From the NCBI RefSeq assembly GCF_036321535.1, contig NC_087452.1, positions 868,001 to 932,000 of the forward strand: 64,000 bases of DNA, given 5' to 3'. Shown piece by piece: positions 29,573-58,325 of this stretch. The notes below the pieces were generated by a model. The model was not told the origin of the DNA and searched no databases. It worked only from the letters and a program-made list of their open reading frames with translations. Each line of letters opens with the position of its first letter. Positions within the stretch are counted from its first letter, which is position 1. The position numbers and the translations under genes are program-made. The stretch comes from Camelus dromedarius. Lineage: Eukaryota.

Positions 29573-31199
29573 TCAGCGGCACAGGGGCCGTGTGGCCTGG
29601 GCCTCTGGGTCTCGGGCTCGCTACCCAGCATGCGGGAGGTGGGTGTGGGGCCCCCACACGTCACAACCCACTCAGCCGACAGGGGCCAGTCCTTTGTCTT
29701 GGACTCTGTCTCGTGACCCCAAACAATAAAGGCCGCCCTCAATGACTGAACAGTCTGCATGCCAGGCACAGCAGCACGTGCTACTGGGCACTGCCCAGCT
29801 AGCGCCTCCAGTCCTGGGGGCAGGGTCGAGGAGCTGGGTTCAGGGAGCCTGACCTCCTTGTCCTCGCTGGAACGGGGTTAAGGACAGGGTCCGCCGTGGG
29901 AGGTGGTGCAGGCCTAGGAACCGTGCACACCCCAGGGGGACCTTCGGCCCTGCCCGCCTCTGCTGCCACCTAGAAAGGCAGACACAAGTGGAGGGGACAC
30001 TGCCCTGTGCCCGGAGGAGGCACGGGACATTTCCAAGTGGAGGGGAGGCAGAAGGGCTGGGTTTTCAAGGTGACTGAGAATGAGAGGTCAGGAGTCCAGC
30101 CTGGAGGACAGGAGAGCTGGGGTTGGGGCCCTGGGAGCCGCCCCGGTCAGCTGAGGTGGGTTCTGGGGCCACGGGGTCCTCAGGGCAGTGGCAGAGGAGT
30201 GGGGCCGCACTGACTGACAGCAGCAGCCTGTCTGCGGGGAGCTCGGGGCCGAGCAGCAGGACGTAACACATGCTGGCATTTAAAACTGTGAACAGACTGG
30301 GCCTTGTGACCCGGTGCCCCCACTTCCAGGCACGGTCATGACAGCCCCGGGCACAGATCAGCCCAAGTGTCACCGTCAGCAGAACACCCACACCGATGGT
30401 GGCATCCGCGGGAACAGTGGATCACTGCCCAGAAACAAAAAGATCAAGCCCTGCATGGGGGTGACATGGAGGGCCTGGCAGCCAGGATGGCGAGCCGGGG
30501 CAGGCCAGGTGTGGACGTGCGGTCCGAGTCCGGCAGAGACTGGGGAGGGCGGAGGGCACACCGGCTCCAGTTCCGGGGGCCTGGGGAGCACACGTGCCGC
30601 AGTTCGTGGGGCCACACACCTATGATTCCAGCCCTTTTCTGTGTGGGTTTTACAAAAGGAAAAGATGGGTTCCATTCCCACACTGAGAGCAGGGGTCTCC
30701 TGTTCAGCCAGGGGCAGCCCCACCTTTCCTGGCAGAAGGGACCTGCAGCAGGACCCAGGCCCCCGCTGCCACTGCCATCCCCCCAAACCCCCCAACAGCA
30801 GCAGGCCCAAGGCGGGGGCCACGGGGGCCGCAGGACAGCTCCCCTCGTGGCCGGGCTGGGGAATGTCAGTGCCTCAGAAAGGGTGGGGCGACCCCCAGGC
30901 AGGTAGACAGAGACCTGGGGCCTCAGAACTCTCCATCCTTCTCTGCAACAGGCCTCTGCCTGGCTCTGGGATCACGTCCCCAACGGCACACCAACGACAG
31001 AAAGTATTAAACAGGAGAACCTACACCTGACACATAGTTGGGTCCAAGGGAAAAAGCTGGCCTCTGTCCGGTTCCCTCACTCAGGCTTTTCTACCAGCGC
31101 TGACCTTGCCGAGCTCTGGCTGTGAGCCAGGACGGGTCCAGATGCCGGGACACACCTGCCCTCTCGGGGCCTCCATTCCCCGAGGGGAGGATGACAGCC

Positions 31200-31490
31200 A
31201 GCACCAACACCCATACTTAGAAAGCAAACTTCTAGAGATAAGTGCTAAAGAGAAAACAGGAGTGAGACAGAATTCCATTGGCTGGAATATGGATGTGATG
31301 GTGGGAGCAACAGCAGCTACCTTGGACCACAAGACACAAGCCCACACTGAGGATGACAGAGCGGTAACAGAGAAGGTGTCTGGGTTTCAGGCTCATCCTG
31401 GACAGCTTACACACAGACAGTCGTGTAGCAGACAGAAGTAATCTTCTACCCTGATATCCTGGCCTTTGTTTCATCAGGGCCAGGTTGTCA
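31200..31490. mobile_element. Old ERVL/MaLR-type LTR fragment
   Basis: tggaatatggatgtgatggtgggagc...cagctaccttggaccacaag...gaggatgacagagc. Confidence 0.45.
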
Positions 31491-32739
31491 GACAAGGTGA
31501 CACTTGAAAGGAGATCTAAATAACTGAATGGAGCCGTACTGGGGGAAATCTGGACAGAGACCATCTCAGGGTGAAGACAGCAGTGAAGGCAAAGGCCATG
31601 GGGCAGAAACAGTCTGGGCTTGTTGAAAGGGCAAAAAGCAGCCTGGAAGAGACGAGAATGGGGGCGGGGCAGGTCAACCCAGGACGCCTGACCACTGGCA
31701 CTGGCACCGCGGTCTCACTCAGTGCAGTGTGATTGTGGGGGGACGGGGCGCCACTCCCACACAGAGGGGCTGCCATGGAGAGCACACTGAAGCAGGGAGG
31801 CCGAGGAGTGCCAGGCCACTGTGGACAGTGACTGGTGGTGGCAGTGGGAATGGAGGGGAGGGATCTGGGATCCCTTGGGGAGGAGGGGACAGTGGGATGG
31901 GTGGACAGACACATGCAGGGGTGAGGGAAGAGCAGGGAGCCTCTGGGCGCTCTGCTGTGGCGAGGCCGGCACTGCGGATGGTGTCCCTGCACCACTGCTC
32001 TCTGCCTTGCTAACAAGATGCTCCTTTGTTGCAGGACCCTCCTTGGTGCCCTGTGTTCAGGCAGAGGACCCTCCCCAGTGCCAGCTGAGTCTCAGTTACA
32101 GTAAGCCAGCAATTTTGGGGGGAGAGGGGTGTGGAGCAGCACCGGGCACCTCAGCAGGGTGCAGGGTGCCCGTCTGACACAGAGACGGGGTCCAGGCTGC
32201 CAGATGCCCTGCAGCATGTGGACAGCCCTCCCCTTCCCCAGCAGGGCCCCCGCTCTCCTCCCTGTCACTGGTTCAGGCAAGCATGTGGGGTGCCGTGGGG
32301 GGGGGTCTCCTGAGAAAAGGCAGACACCCTCAAGGACTAAGGCCTCTCCTCTGCACCTCTGTGTGGCTGCTGATGTGCAATGCCCAGACGGTGGCCTCCT
32401 GCACCCCTGCTGACCACCCACCACCCTGGGCAGGATGCTCACAGCTGCCAGTGGCCTGAGACAGTGACTGAGAAGTGACTGTGAGTTGCAAGACAGATTA
32501 CACGGCCCCCTCCTCCGCTCCCCACTCTCTGTGGAGCAAACTGCTGGTCCCAGCAGCCCAGCAGTGGCTCTGGTCAAGGACCGAGTCTCAAGCAGCCCTG
32601 GCAGGAACAGAGCTGGGGTACAGGCCAAGCAGCCACGAGGAAGCCGGAGAAGCCAGTGTGGACGAGTGAGGTCAGGGGTTAGGGGGGCTTCTCTTCGCTT
32701 CACCTGTCCAGCACCCCACTTTCCTGTGGGGGAACCTCA

Positions 32740-33025
32740 GCACCCCCAGTCTGCAACCACAAGGTTTGGGTACAGCTGACTCCACCCCTCCACGACTCCA
32801 GGGAATGTGCACATTGGAGTCCCACATGGAAATAAAGCCAACACAGGAACACAGGTGAGAGACAGATGGAAATAGATCCTGGAAATAGCTCCTCCCATGA
32901 GCCCCTGGATCCAGCCACACCTGAAGTCAGCATCCACCCCACTCCACCCCACCCCACCCCCAGGCCAGATTTTTCAGTTATAAAATCTAACAAATTCCCT
33001 TTTCTGCTTAAGCCAGTTTGACTCG
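32740..33025 (+). mobile_element. Old MLT1-type LTR fragment, followed by a MIR (about 33030-33160)
   Basis: cccctggatccagccacacctgaag...aaattcccttttctgcttaagccagtttga; then gtgtgaccttgggtgagtcatttcccctc. Confidence 0.65.
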
Positions 33026-34719
33026 GAGCTGGGCAGACCTTGGTTGTGCTTCTGGCTCTGCCAAGTACTTCGTGTGACCTTGGGTGAGTCATTTCCCCTC
33101 CCTGAATGGCACAGGAAAATAACACCTACCTAACAAGGTTGCTGTAAGGCTCAAACAAGACCAGGGAAGTGCGTGGTCTACAAAAGGACACACACACAAA
33201 GGTAACTGCTGCTTTTCTTCCCAGAAGAGGGTCTGTGGGGCTGGGGGGAGGATTTGGTTCATGGGGGTCCAGGCCCACTTGCTCTAGAGTCTGAGGTGAG
33301 GAAGGAGTGTCAGCTGCTCTCCCTTCGCCAGACTCCTGCTAATTCCATAATAACAGCAGAGAGCACTGATGCTCACGGGCCCTGCCACCCTGAGAGAGCG
33401 GTACTTACATCATCGCCCTGAACAAAGCCCAGGGCTGGGCAGCCACCTGCCAGGCCTGTAGCCTAGGCCCCTAATTGGCAACTTGCCAGGGGCCCTTCTC
33501 ACGCCTCAGTTTCTCCACCTGTAGCTGGGGGCCTGGGGCTGGATCCAGAGTCACATGCTGGTAACAGCACGTTTAGGGGGGACAGGGCCGGGTGTGGGGC
33601 TGAGGGTTCGCATCCCTGAGGCCCTCCCCACTGGCACTGCTGCTCTGTGGGCCTCCAGACCACAAACTGCAGCGGCACCAGAATTGCCACTGTGTGTCAA
33701 GGCTTGTAAAATAACGGAAGCAGTGAGAAAAATACCACAGCACCCCCTTCCTTTGTGCAGACAGGGCCCAGGGCTTTCCCCAGGTAGCCTACTGAGCCGC
33801 CACACCGGCCCAGAAGAGAGGGCACTGTTACTGCCCCATATGCTGGAGGGAGAAGCGGTTGGGAGGGGTTAGGTCTGTGGCTCCATATTCTCCTCCCTGG
33901 ACCACGGGTGAGCTCCTGGCCTTGTGGGCAGAAGCCCGGGCAGTGACAAAGTAAGGGGTCTGCAGGCTCAGGAAGGAGAGGACAGTGGGAGGGCAGGCTG
34001 AGGGCAGGGGAGGAAGGCATGAAGCCCAAGCCACAGGGATGGGGAAGGAGATTCTCAGAGGGGGAGTTCCTGGGATGCCGAGTGTCCTGGGGCAGCCCCA
34101 GGCCTACCTCCGGGACCAGGGAAACTGGGGCAGACTGTTTCCTCCACCTGGGAGGGACTCTCCTGACCTCACTAACATTCCAGAGGCCACCTTCCCACCC
34201 ACCGCCCACAGTGGGGCCTCCACCTCCCTCCCTCTGTGGCCAGCCTGCAGGCAGGATGCCAACTTGGCTAGGATCATGCGTGCTGGACCCGTGCAAGCCC
34301 CTGGACAAGGAGGGCCTTCCCCTCTCTGGGCCTCTGCTTTCTGGTCTCTCATCTGTGCAGTGGGGCTGACCACGCCTGGCCCAGCCACTGGCCGGGGAAC
34401 CTGGGGTAAACAGACAGCCCTGAGCAGAGGAGGGCCTGCTGCTGAAGCACCCCTCAGTGCTTCCGGCGTGAGCTGGTTGCTGAGCTTGAAAACTCTGGAA
34501 CCAAAACAGGATGAGGAAACCTCCCTAGGTCAGAGGCTAACCCCTTATCCTTCAGCCTTAGGGATAGGGGGAGAGGGACACTGCCAGAAGCCCCCAGGGG
34601 GAAGGCCAGCGGTGGGCCCTCCCCTAGGCCTTCAAGGCCCAACCTGATCTGCCCCCTGCCTGCTGCCCTGCTGATGCCCTTCCACTCTGCAGCTCATCTT
34701 TCATCTTGTTCAAGCTACT

Positions 34720-34930
34720 GTGCTATTTCTACCTCAGGGCCTTTGTGCCTGCTCTTCCCCAGCCTTGTCTCACCATTCAGGCCACTTCCTCCGAGGAGCC
34801 CTCCTTGACCACCCCTGTGTGTGTTTGAAGGGGTCCTCGCTGTGTGTTTGTGTTTGTGGGCTGTCTGGCCCAGGCGTGCTCATGACCCAGTCTCCTGGAA
34901 CCACAAACTGTTGGGAGTGGATAGATGAAT
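34720..34930 (+). mobile_element. L2 3' fragment
   Basis: cctcagggcctttgtgcctgctcttcccc...tgttgggagtggatagatgaatg. Confidence 0.55.
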
Positions 34931-34989
34931 GTTCCGCAGAATGCAGCCGAGCCCTTCTGGTGAGTGGGGAACCCCACAGACCCTTCCGT

Positions 34990-36000
34990 CCTGCTCAGCG
35001 AGGTCAGGTCACTGCGCTCCCCTTTCCAGTGTCCCCCCACCCCCACCCCCACCCCCTTGGGCCCCGCGGAGGCGGAGGCGGCCTGTAGATGGGGCTCGGG
35101 CCACTCGCAGGGACGTATTCCTGCACAACCTCAAGTGCAGAGTCCGCAAGCCCGGCCGACCCAGGACACCAGGACCCCGGCCCTCTGCGCCTCCAGCCTG
35201 CATCTGGGAGGGAGGGTCGCTTCGGGCTGCAGGAGCGGGCAGGCGGGTCGAGGGTTCCCGGGATCCGCTCCCGCAGCTGGAGCAAGAGGGAGGGTCCCCT
35301 CCTTACCTGAGGCCCCGGCCGCCCATCCGCCGCCGGGCGCGGACCCCGCAAGGCCGCGGGACTCGGACTCCAGCGCCCGGGCCGGGCAGGGGATCGTCGC
35401 GCAAGAGGCGCCCGCGGCCGTCCCCCGCAGACAGGGCGGGCAGGGAGGGAGACGCGGTCGGGCCCGACTCCGCGCGGCCCTTCCCGGCAGCGGCGACCCG
35501 GAAGGCTGGCGAGTCCTTTTCGTTCCGCCAAAACTGCAAAACAGCCACCGTCCCTACTCGCGGCGCGCAGGCCCGCCCCCAGCCCGCAGCGACCTATAGG
35601 AAGGGGGCAACGCCGAAAAGAGGGCGCTCGCAGCGTGAGGGGCCAATCAGATGCCCAGGGGGCGGGGCTGCCGGCCGACCTCTTAAAGGGACATCGCGCG
35701 GGCAGCGAAGAGACGGAAAGCGGCAGTCTCACCCGGAAGGGGGTCAGACGAAGGCCGAGGCTGGGGACGCCTACTTTTCCGTGTCCGCGGCTGTCCGCCA
35801 CCAGCTCGGCCCCTCCGTCCTCACTCCCGCCGCTGGCAGGCGAGCGCCCGGGTAGTAGCCTCCGCTGCGGCCGCAGGCCTGGTGACCTCTGGTCCGGGGG
35901 ACAAGCCCCACCCCGGCGCGTACGCCGTGCACCTGCCCACGCGGCCACGGCCACCGCGGTGCTGCGCACCCTCCGCGTCGCGGCAGCCCTGCAGGGTGGC
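34990..36000 (-). promoter_or_regulatory. TPRA1: TPRA1 CpG-island promoter
   Basis: CpG-dense; ETS-type ccggaag at 35498-35504 and 35733-35739; CCAAT ggccaatcag 35641-35650; GC box 35659-35668. Confidence 0.8.
35307..35510 (-). other. TPRA1: Putative non-coding first exon of TPRA1 (5' end approximate)
   Basis: Strong minus-strand donor tcag|GTAAGG at 35307 inside the CpG island; exon 2 has an acceptor 17 nt before the ATG, so an upstream exon is required. Confidence 0.6.
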
Positions 36001-36269
36001 TGTCATTCGTCGCATTTCACGGAGGAGGAACATGAGGCTAGGACGTTAAGCACTTGCTTAAAGCCACACTACCAAGAAGTGACAAAACCCAGACCCGGAG
36101 GTTTGGCCCGCCTTCTCTCATCTCCTACTAAAACGTGTCTCCAGGCAGCCTCCTCCGGGAAACCTTCCCGGATTGCCCTTTCTTGCCCTCCCAGCGTCTC
36201 CGCTGTGTTCACTCTTCCCTGCCTCGGTCCTGTACAGTCTGGCTGCTCCTGCCTCTCCGTCCTTGTCCC

Positions 36270-37190
36270 TCCCATACGCTCCTTTCTCGGTGCTCAAGTC
36301 ACACTGCTCTCTGTCTCTTTTTCTTGAATGCACCAAGCTTATTCCTGCCTGCAGGTCTGCACCTGTCCCTGCCTCCCTGGTGCCTGTCATGTGGCCCCCT
36401 CCTACGTGACACCCTAGCCAAAGTAGCTGTTCAGTCTCTGTCACATGAAGCCCTTTGATTTCTTTCCCAGTGTTACCCAAAATCTGGGTTGACTTCTTGG
36501 TAGGTGTAAGCCAAAAGATGCAACCAAGGCAAAGAGCCGGAGAAGGATGGATTTATTACCTGCAGCAAGTAAGAACACCAGGGACCTTTCAAAAGCAGTG
36601 CCTCCTCGAACAGCACAACTGGGGAAGTTTTAAGCTACATGCATATTCGTGAGGGGGCTTGGGAAGTCTACAGAGTCTGAGCTTTGGTTGACTGAAGTCA
36701 CGAGGGTCAGAAGGGTCAACATTGTCCTGCCTTAGATTCCATGTGATCTGGTGGTTGAGGCTTCAGGCTGATCTTTACCACTGAAACGTAACCGGAGTCT
36801 TTACAGCTGATAGATTATCTTTCTACTGTTATTTCTTTTGCCTGATAACAGTTTTTTTTTCTGCATTCTTTTGTCCCCTTAAGCTCAGTAATTACTGTGA
36901 CCTATTCAAGGTCTAGCATTGTGACCCAGGCTTAGATCGCAAAATGGCTTAGGCTAAAAATGGCCTTTTCATGTCAAGGAAGCCAGGCCTGGTTCTCTAT
37001 CTGCTGGGCCCCCTACCCTACCTGCTTACACCATCACCATCTCTCTAACAGGATCACATTCCTTTAGTAACTTCCTAGTTTATCACCAGCCTCACCCAAC
37101 TAGAAGGTTAGTGTCCTGAGGATGGAACCATGTTGGTCACATTCCCTGAACATCCTGAGGCTGACTCAGTGCCTTGTGCAAACTGAAGGC
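36270..37190 (+). mobile_element. L2 fragment interrupted by an ERV LTR
   Basis: L2-like flanks on both sides of 36471-37030 (tttctttcccag | ccatcaccatc...ccaactagaaggttagtgtcctgagg...cagtgcc). Confidence 0.55.
36471..37030 (-). mobile_element. Solo ERV LTR (class I-like), 560 bp
   Basis: TG...CA termini (tgttaccc...gcttaca); near-TSD ccag/ccat; AATAAA on the minus strand at 36552-36557 gives orientation. Confidence 0.7.
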
Positions 37191-38053
37191 CCCCGCTCTC
37201 CCCAGTAACCCCAAGATGCACACCCTGGGGGCCCACAGCTGTGCTTCACAGCTGGGCTGGAATGAGACTGGACCCCGCCTTCACCGAGCTCCTATTCTAA
37301 ACCAAGGGAGGTGAGGAAGCCGCCACCTTATGACCACCGGGGACTTGGTTTATCTGGGCTTTCCCAGCCTGCACCTCTGTCAGTGTGGGAGGGGCCGTGT
37401 TCCATCAGGATGCCTGCCTTCCTGAAGGGCGGCTCCTAGAGTTTCTGCCAGGAAGTCACACACATCCCGCCTGCTCATGTTTAACTGAGAAAAACAAGTT
37501 ATAGGGCCCTTCTGACCCCCAGGGACAGGAAACTTCCCTCCCACCCTGTGCCAGGACGGAGGAGAAATGGAGTATTAGAGACCAGGCCAAGTGACTGCCC
37601 GCCATCTGTATGTCTTGGAGACAGTGCAGACACTTTGGGGCGGGGGTGGAGATGGCTGGCTTCCTATTCCTAGCCCCATGCGCAGTTCTGCACTTTGCAC
37701 TCTCAGTTTTGGACCTACACGTAGGTTTCTGTGGGACTTTATTTGTGGGGTAATGAGGGTATCTGTGTCAGCCCTCCCTTCAGGGCAGAAGAGCACTCAC
37801 TTAATGCAGTCCTCTGCACACAGGACAGGGTGTGGCATCAGCGAATTTCCATAAATGGTACTGTAATAATGACCTGATTCCTGGGTTCTCCACCTGCCCT
37901 GCACCAGGCTCGGGTGGTTACCCTCCCTAGGCACGGCAGACAGGAGGAGACGGTGCTGCAGAACTGGGCTCCCTGATGGTAATAGGAATCCGAAAATAAA
38001 GAGTCAGTAACGTTGTGCGCAGTGGTCAGACGCAAAGTGCATGCAATGTCATA

Positions 38054-38372
38054 GAATCACCGAGGTCTGTATCCTTACGGGACTGGTTTCAGGCTATCTG
38101 CAAATACCAAAATTCAAGGATGCTCAAGCCCCTTATTTAAAATGGGGCAATATTTGCATTGCACATCTTCCTGTATACTTCGTCATTCTAGATTACTTGT
38201 AATACCTAGTTAATGTAAATGTTGTGCAAAAAGGCATAAATACAGTGTAAATGCTGGGTAAATAGTTACCGGCTTACAGCAAAATCAAGGTCTGATTTTT
38301 GGAACTTTCTAGAATTAAAAAAATTTTTTTCTATCCATCCGTAGGTTGAAAAGCAGATTCAGAGTACAGACT
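38054..38372. mobile_element. MER2 (TcMar-Tigger MITE)
   Basis: ataccaaaattcaaggatgctcaagccccttat...tctagattacttgtaatacct matches recalled MER2; TA-flanked. Confidence 0.8.
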
Positions 38373-38953
38373 GTAACCGCTGCCAACCTGTTTCAGTCCA
38401 CCTCCACTTAAGGCAGCCTGAGGCATTCTCCTAAAACTGAGGACGGCTCATGTCCAATCCTGCTCGAAACCCTTCTCTGGCTCTCCACTGCCTTCAGAAG
38501 ACTGGGCGACCTTTTGTCACCTGGGCTTTCCAACCTCAAGCCTCTCCCTGGGCATCACAAGCTGTTTAACCAGCACTAGGGAATTGCTTGCAGATGGCCA
38601 TGGTGCCATGCTCTCCACATGTCTGTGCACGACGATCTTTCTAAGGGGAACACCGCTGCACCTCGGCTCTTTCGGAGGATAACCCCGCTACGTGGCCTCC
38701 TAGAATCCTGGGCCTCCGGGCGCTTCAAGGACTCAGCCTGAGCTTTTGGAGGACTTGACATGACACAGTAAGAAGACCTCAGAAAACAACGCTCCGAGCC
38801 TCAGCTGCCTCGTCTGTAAAACGGCCACAGCGTGACCGAGGTCGCGAAGCCGGTAGGCGGGGCTGTTCCTCACTGCCCGGAACCAGCCTCCGCACCAGCC
38901 CCATCGCCGTGGCTGGACCCGTTAGCGCGGAGCGCAGAGTGCAGAGCGCAGGT

Positions 38954-39010
38954 GGGGCGGGGGCCTCGGGCGGCGGGGGCGGGGCCTCGGGCGGCGGGGG
39001 CGGGGCCTCG
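38954..39010. repeat. 21-bp GC-box tandem repeat, about 2.7 copies
   Basis: Unit gggggcggggcctcgggcggc. Confidence 0.85.
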
Positions 39011-39174
39011 CCCTCGGGCCCGCCCCGGAGCGCCGGCGTGACGAAGGTCGACGCCGACGTCGTGACATCGGGCTGCTTCAGACGCTTCCCGGGCTCGGGT
39101 GGTCACGTGGGCCAGCCACTTTTCGCGCGAAAACTGGTTGTTGCGGGCGGAGCAGAGAGGAGCGCGGCGCGGCG

Positions 39175-56205
<17,031 letters not shown>

Positions 56206-56669
56206 GCGTCCGCGAGGCTGGGCTCTGGCTTCACCCACGGCCCCAGGGTTTGTCTCCAGGCTCACTTCCTGCGCCCTCCGTCTGGGGGGCCTGCCTCCCC
56301 ACGCTGCTGTTCCTGCAGAGGTTGGCTCACCTCCCCCCTTGGGTCGCGGTCAGCCCTAGGTGTCCGAGCACGGCAGGGGACGAAAACTGCTGTCCTCGTG
56401 GCCTGAGTTCCGTGTCCTGCCGGTTCTCTGGCTCCCGGGAGTAGAGCGCGCGGGTGCCGCGGGGGCCACAACCTGTCAGCACAGCCCTGCGGCCGTGGCT
56501 CCCTCCTGGCGGAGGGGTTGGCTTCGGGTCAGGTGGTGGTGAGCTGGGAAGGAGGGTCTTGGAGCCAGGCCTCTTTGTCACCTTTGCTGTGGTCACGTGT
56601 TCTGCTGCCTGCTGTTTCCCCATTCTCTTGTTTGTACTTTCAGTTCTTGTTTCTGTGGTTTTAGTTTTT

Positions 56670-56675
56670 AATAAA
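56670..56675 (+). terminator. MCM2: MCM2 polyadenylation signal AATAAA
   Basis: 465 nt after the stop codon, with a U-rich upstream stretch and a downstream T-run. Confidence 0.8.
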
Positions 56676-56711
56676 ACGGAGTTAAATCTAAACACTAGTC
56701 TCAACTCAGTC

Positions 56712-56845
56712 TTTTTTTTTTTAAGACTTTTAAATTTTTTCCAGGTGGGGAGGTGAGTAGGTTTACTCTGATGGGGCACTGGGACTGCACCCAGGACCTC
56801 GTGCACGCTAAGCAAGCGCGCTACCTCTGAGCTACACCTCCTCCC
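56712..56845 (-). mobile_element. tRNA-derived SINE (Vic-1-like) just downstream of the MCM2 polyA signal
   Basis: ggcactgggactgcacccaggacctcgtgcacgctaagcaagcgcgctacctctgagctacacctcctccc with a T-rich tail on the left. Confidence 0.75.
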
Positions 56846-57574
56846 TCTGTTCAGTTTTAATATCACAACTCGGGTTTTTTCAGGGCTCCTCTTAAAGGCT
56901 CTTCCATCTGGTTTTCCGTAGACATAGACCAGGTCAGAAGAGCTGTTGTGGGTGTGGATGTTCGGGGGTTCAGTTGTCAGTTGCTGCCTGTGTGGTCTCT
57001 GGAGTCCGGGAAGCTTGGGTCGGACTTTATACCTGGAGGGGCTGGAGGTAATGGCCCCTCGGAGGGAGCAGCCCTGCTCACCCCCAGCGCTACCACTGGC
57101 CACTCCCTGGAGGTTCCCCCCGGCCCGTTGCCCTGGTGGTGGGGCACACCCACAGGTCTTCCTGTTTCTTACCTGAGATGGAGCAGAAGTGTCTCCTTGT
57201 GTTGGATCTCCCGCCTTGTCCAGGTTTTCCCTTCTGGGACCTTCCAAGATGAGCACTGCAATGAAAGCCTTGCAGGTGTCCGATGAAACTCTCTCACGCC
57301 CTCACTCCTCCCACACAGCCTCCTGGAGAGCCTGGCGAGCAGCTGGACGGCCCTGAGGATCACCCTGGACAAACCAGACGGTTCCCACCCAGCACGGTGG
57401 GTGGACTCCAGTTGAGGTGAGGAGCTGGAGGAAGGCTGTGGGCTAGAGTCGAGGAGGGGTGACAGGACGTGACCCTCTCAAGGTGGGCTCCATGGTGGGA
57501 GAGGAGGTGGGAACTGCCAGTCTAGGCTCGAGGCCCAGAGGAAAGCGTCCTCTGCACCGCACGCCTGCCAGCAG

Positions 57575-58325
57575 CTGTGTGCGTTTTCCACACCAGCCGA
57601 TTCTCCCGTCTGTGATCAGAGACTGGGTGTCCTACAATGAACTCAGCTCCAACACAAACTTCCAGGAGTCAGCAGACCCCCGGGGAGGGGCCCAGACACA
57701 GTCCTAGTGGGTCCCCAGGTCACCTGCACTTCTGTCCAACTTGGCTGCAAACCAGAGGCTCCCACAACCCCCCTCAACTTCGGTAACTTGCTGTAGTGGC
57801 TCAGAGAACCCAGGGCAGGTTGACTTACATTAAAGGCTGTATCACAGGATACAAATGAAGAGTCCAGGCACAGGAGCTGCTGCCCCGGAGCTTGGGAGGG
57901 TGTGGTGTCCCCTGGCCTGGGAACTCTCAGAGCCCTTACTGGGGCTCCATGTGCAGGTGCGATGATCAGATCACTGGTGGTCGATGATTAGGTTAGCCCT
58001 GCCTCTCCCAAGGTCAGGGGCAGGGGTTCTGACCCTCTAATCATATGGTTTGTTCCCCTGGCAACCAGGCCCCATCCTTAGGGGTTCCCAGAATTCACCT
58101 CTTTAACATAAACTCCGGAGTGGTTGAAAGGGGCTTGTTACGAATAACAAAAGACACTCTTCACCTGTATTCCTGCAGAGCTGTTCCTGGAACCGAGGTG
58201 AAACCCCAATATGACAACAAAAGTGCTTCTATCAAATGGCTTTTACCACGTAGGAAATGACAAGGGTTAGGAGCTCCTGCCAGGCGGTTGCTGGGGTGCT
58301 TTGGGGATGGACCAAAATATGTATT
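57575..58325. mobile_element. MER21-like LTR
   Basis: ttttccacaccagc...gactgggtgtcctacaat...gtggctcagagaac...ggatacaaatgaagag...gaataacaaaagacactc resembles recalled MER21. Confidence 0.65.

Noticed and set aside
34929-35969. 308-aa and 321-aa ORFs on opposite strands
   Set aside because: CpG-island artefacts with low-complexity Arg/Pro/Gly composition
56327-57256. 309-aa minus-strand ORF
   Set aside because: Crosses the MCM2 3' UTR, a T-rich tract and a SINE; composition is non-protein-like
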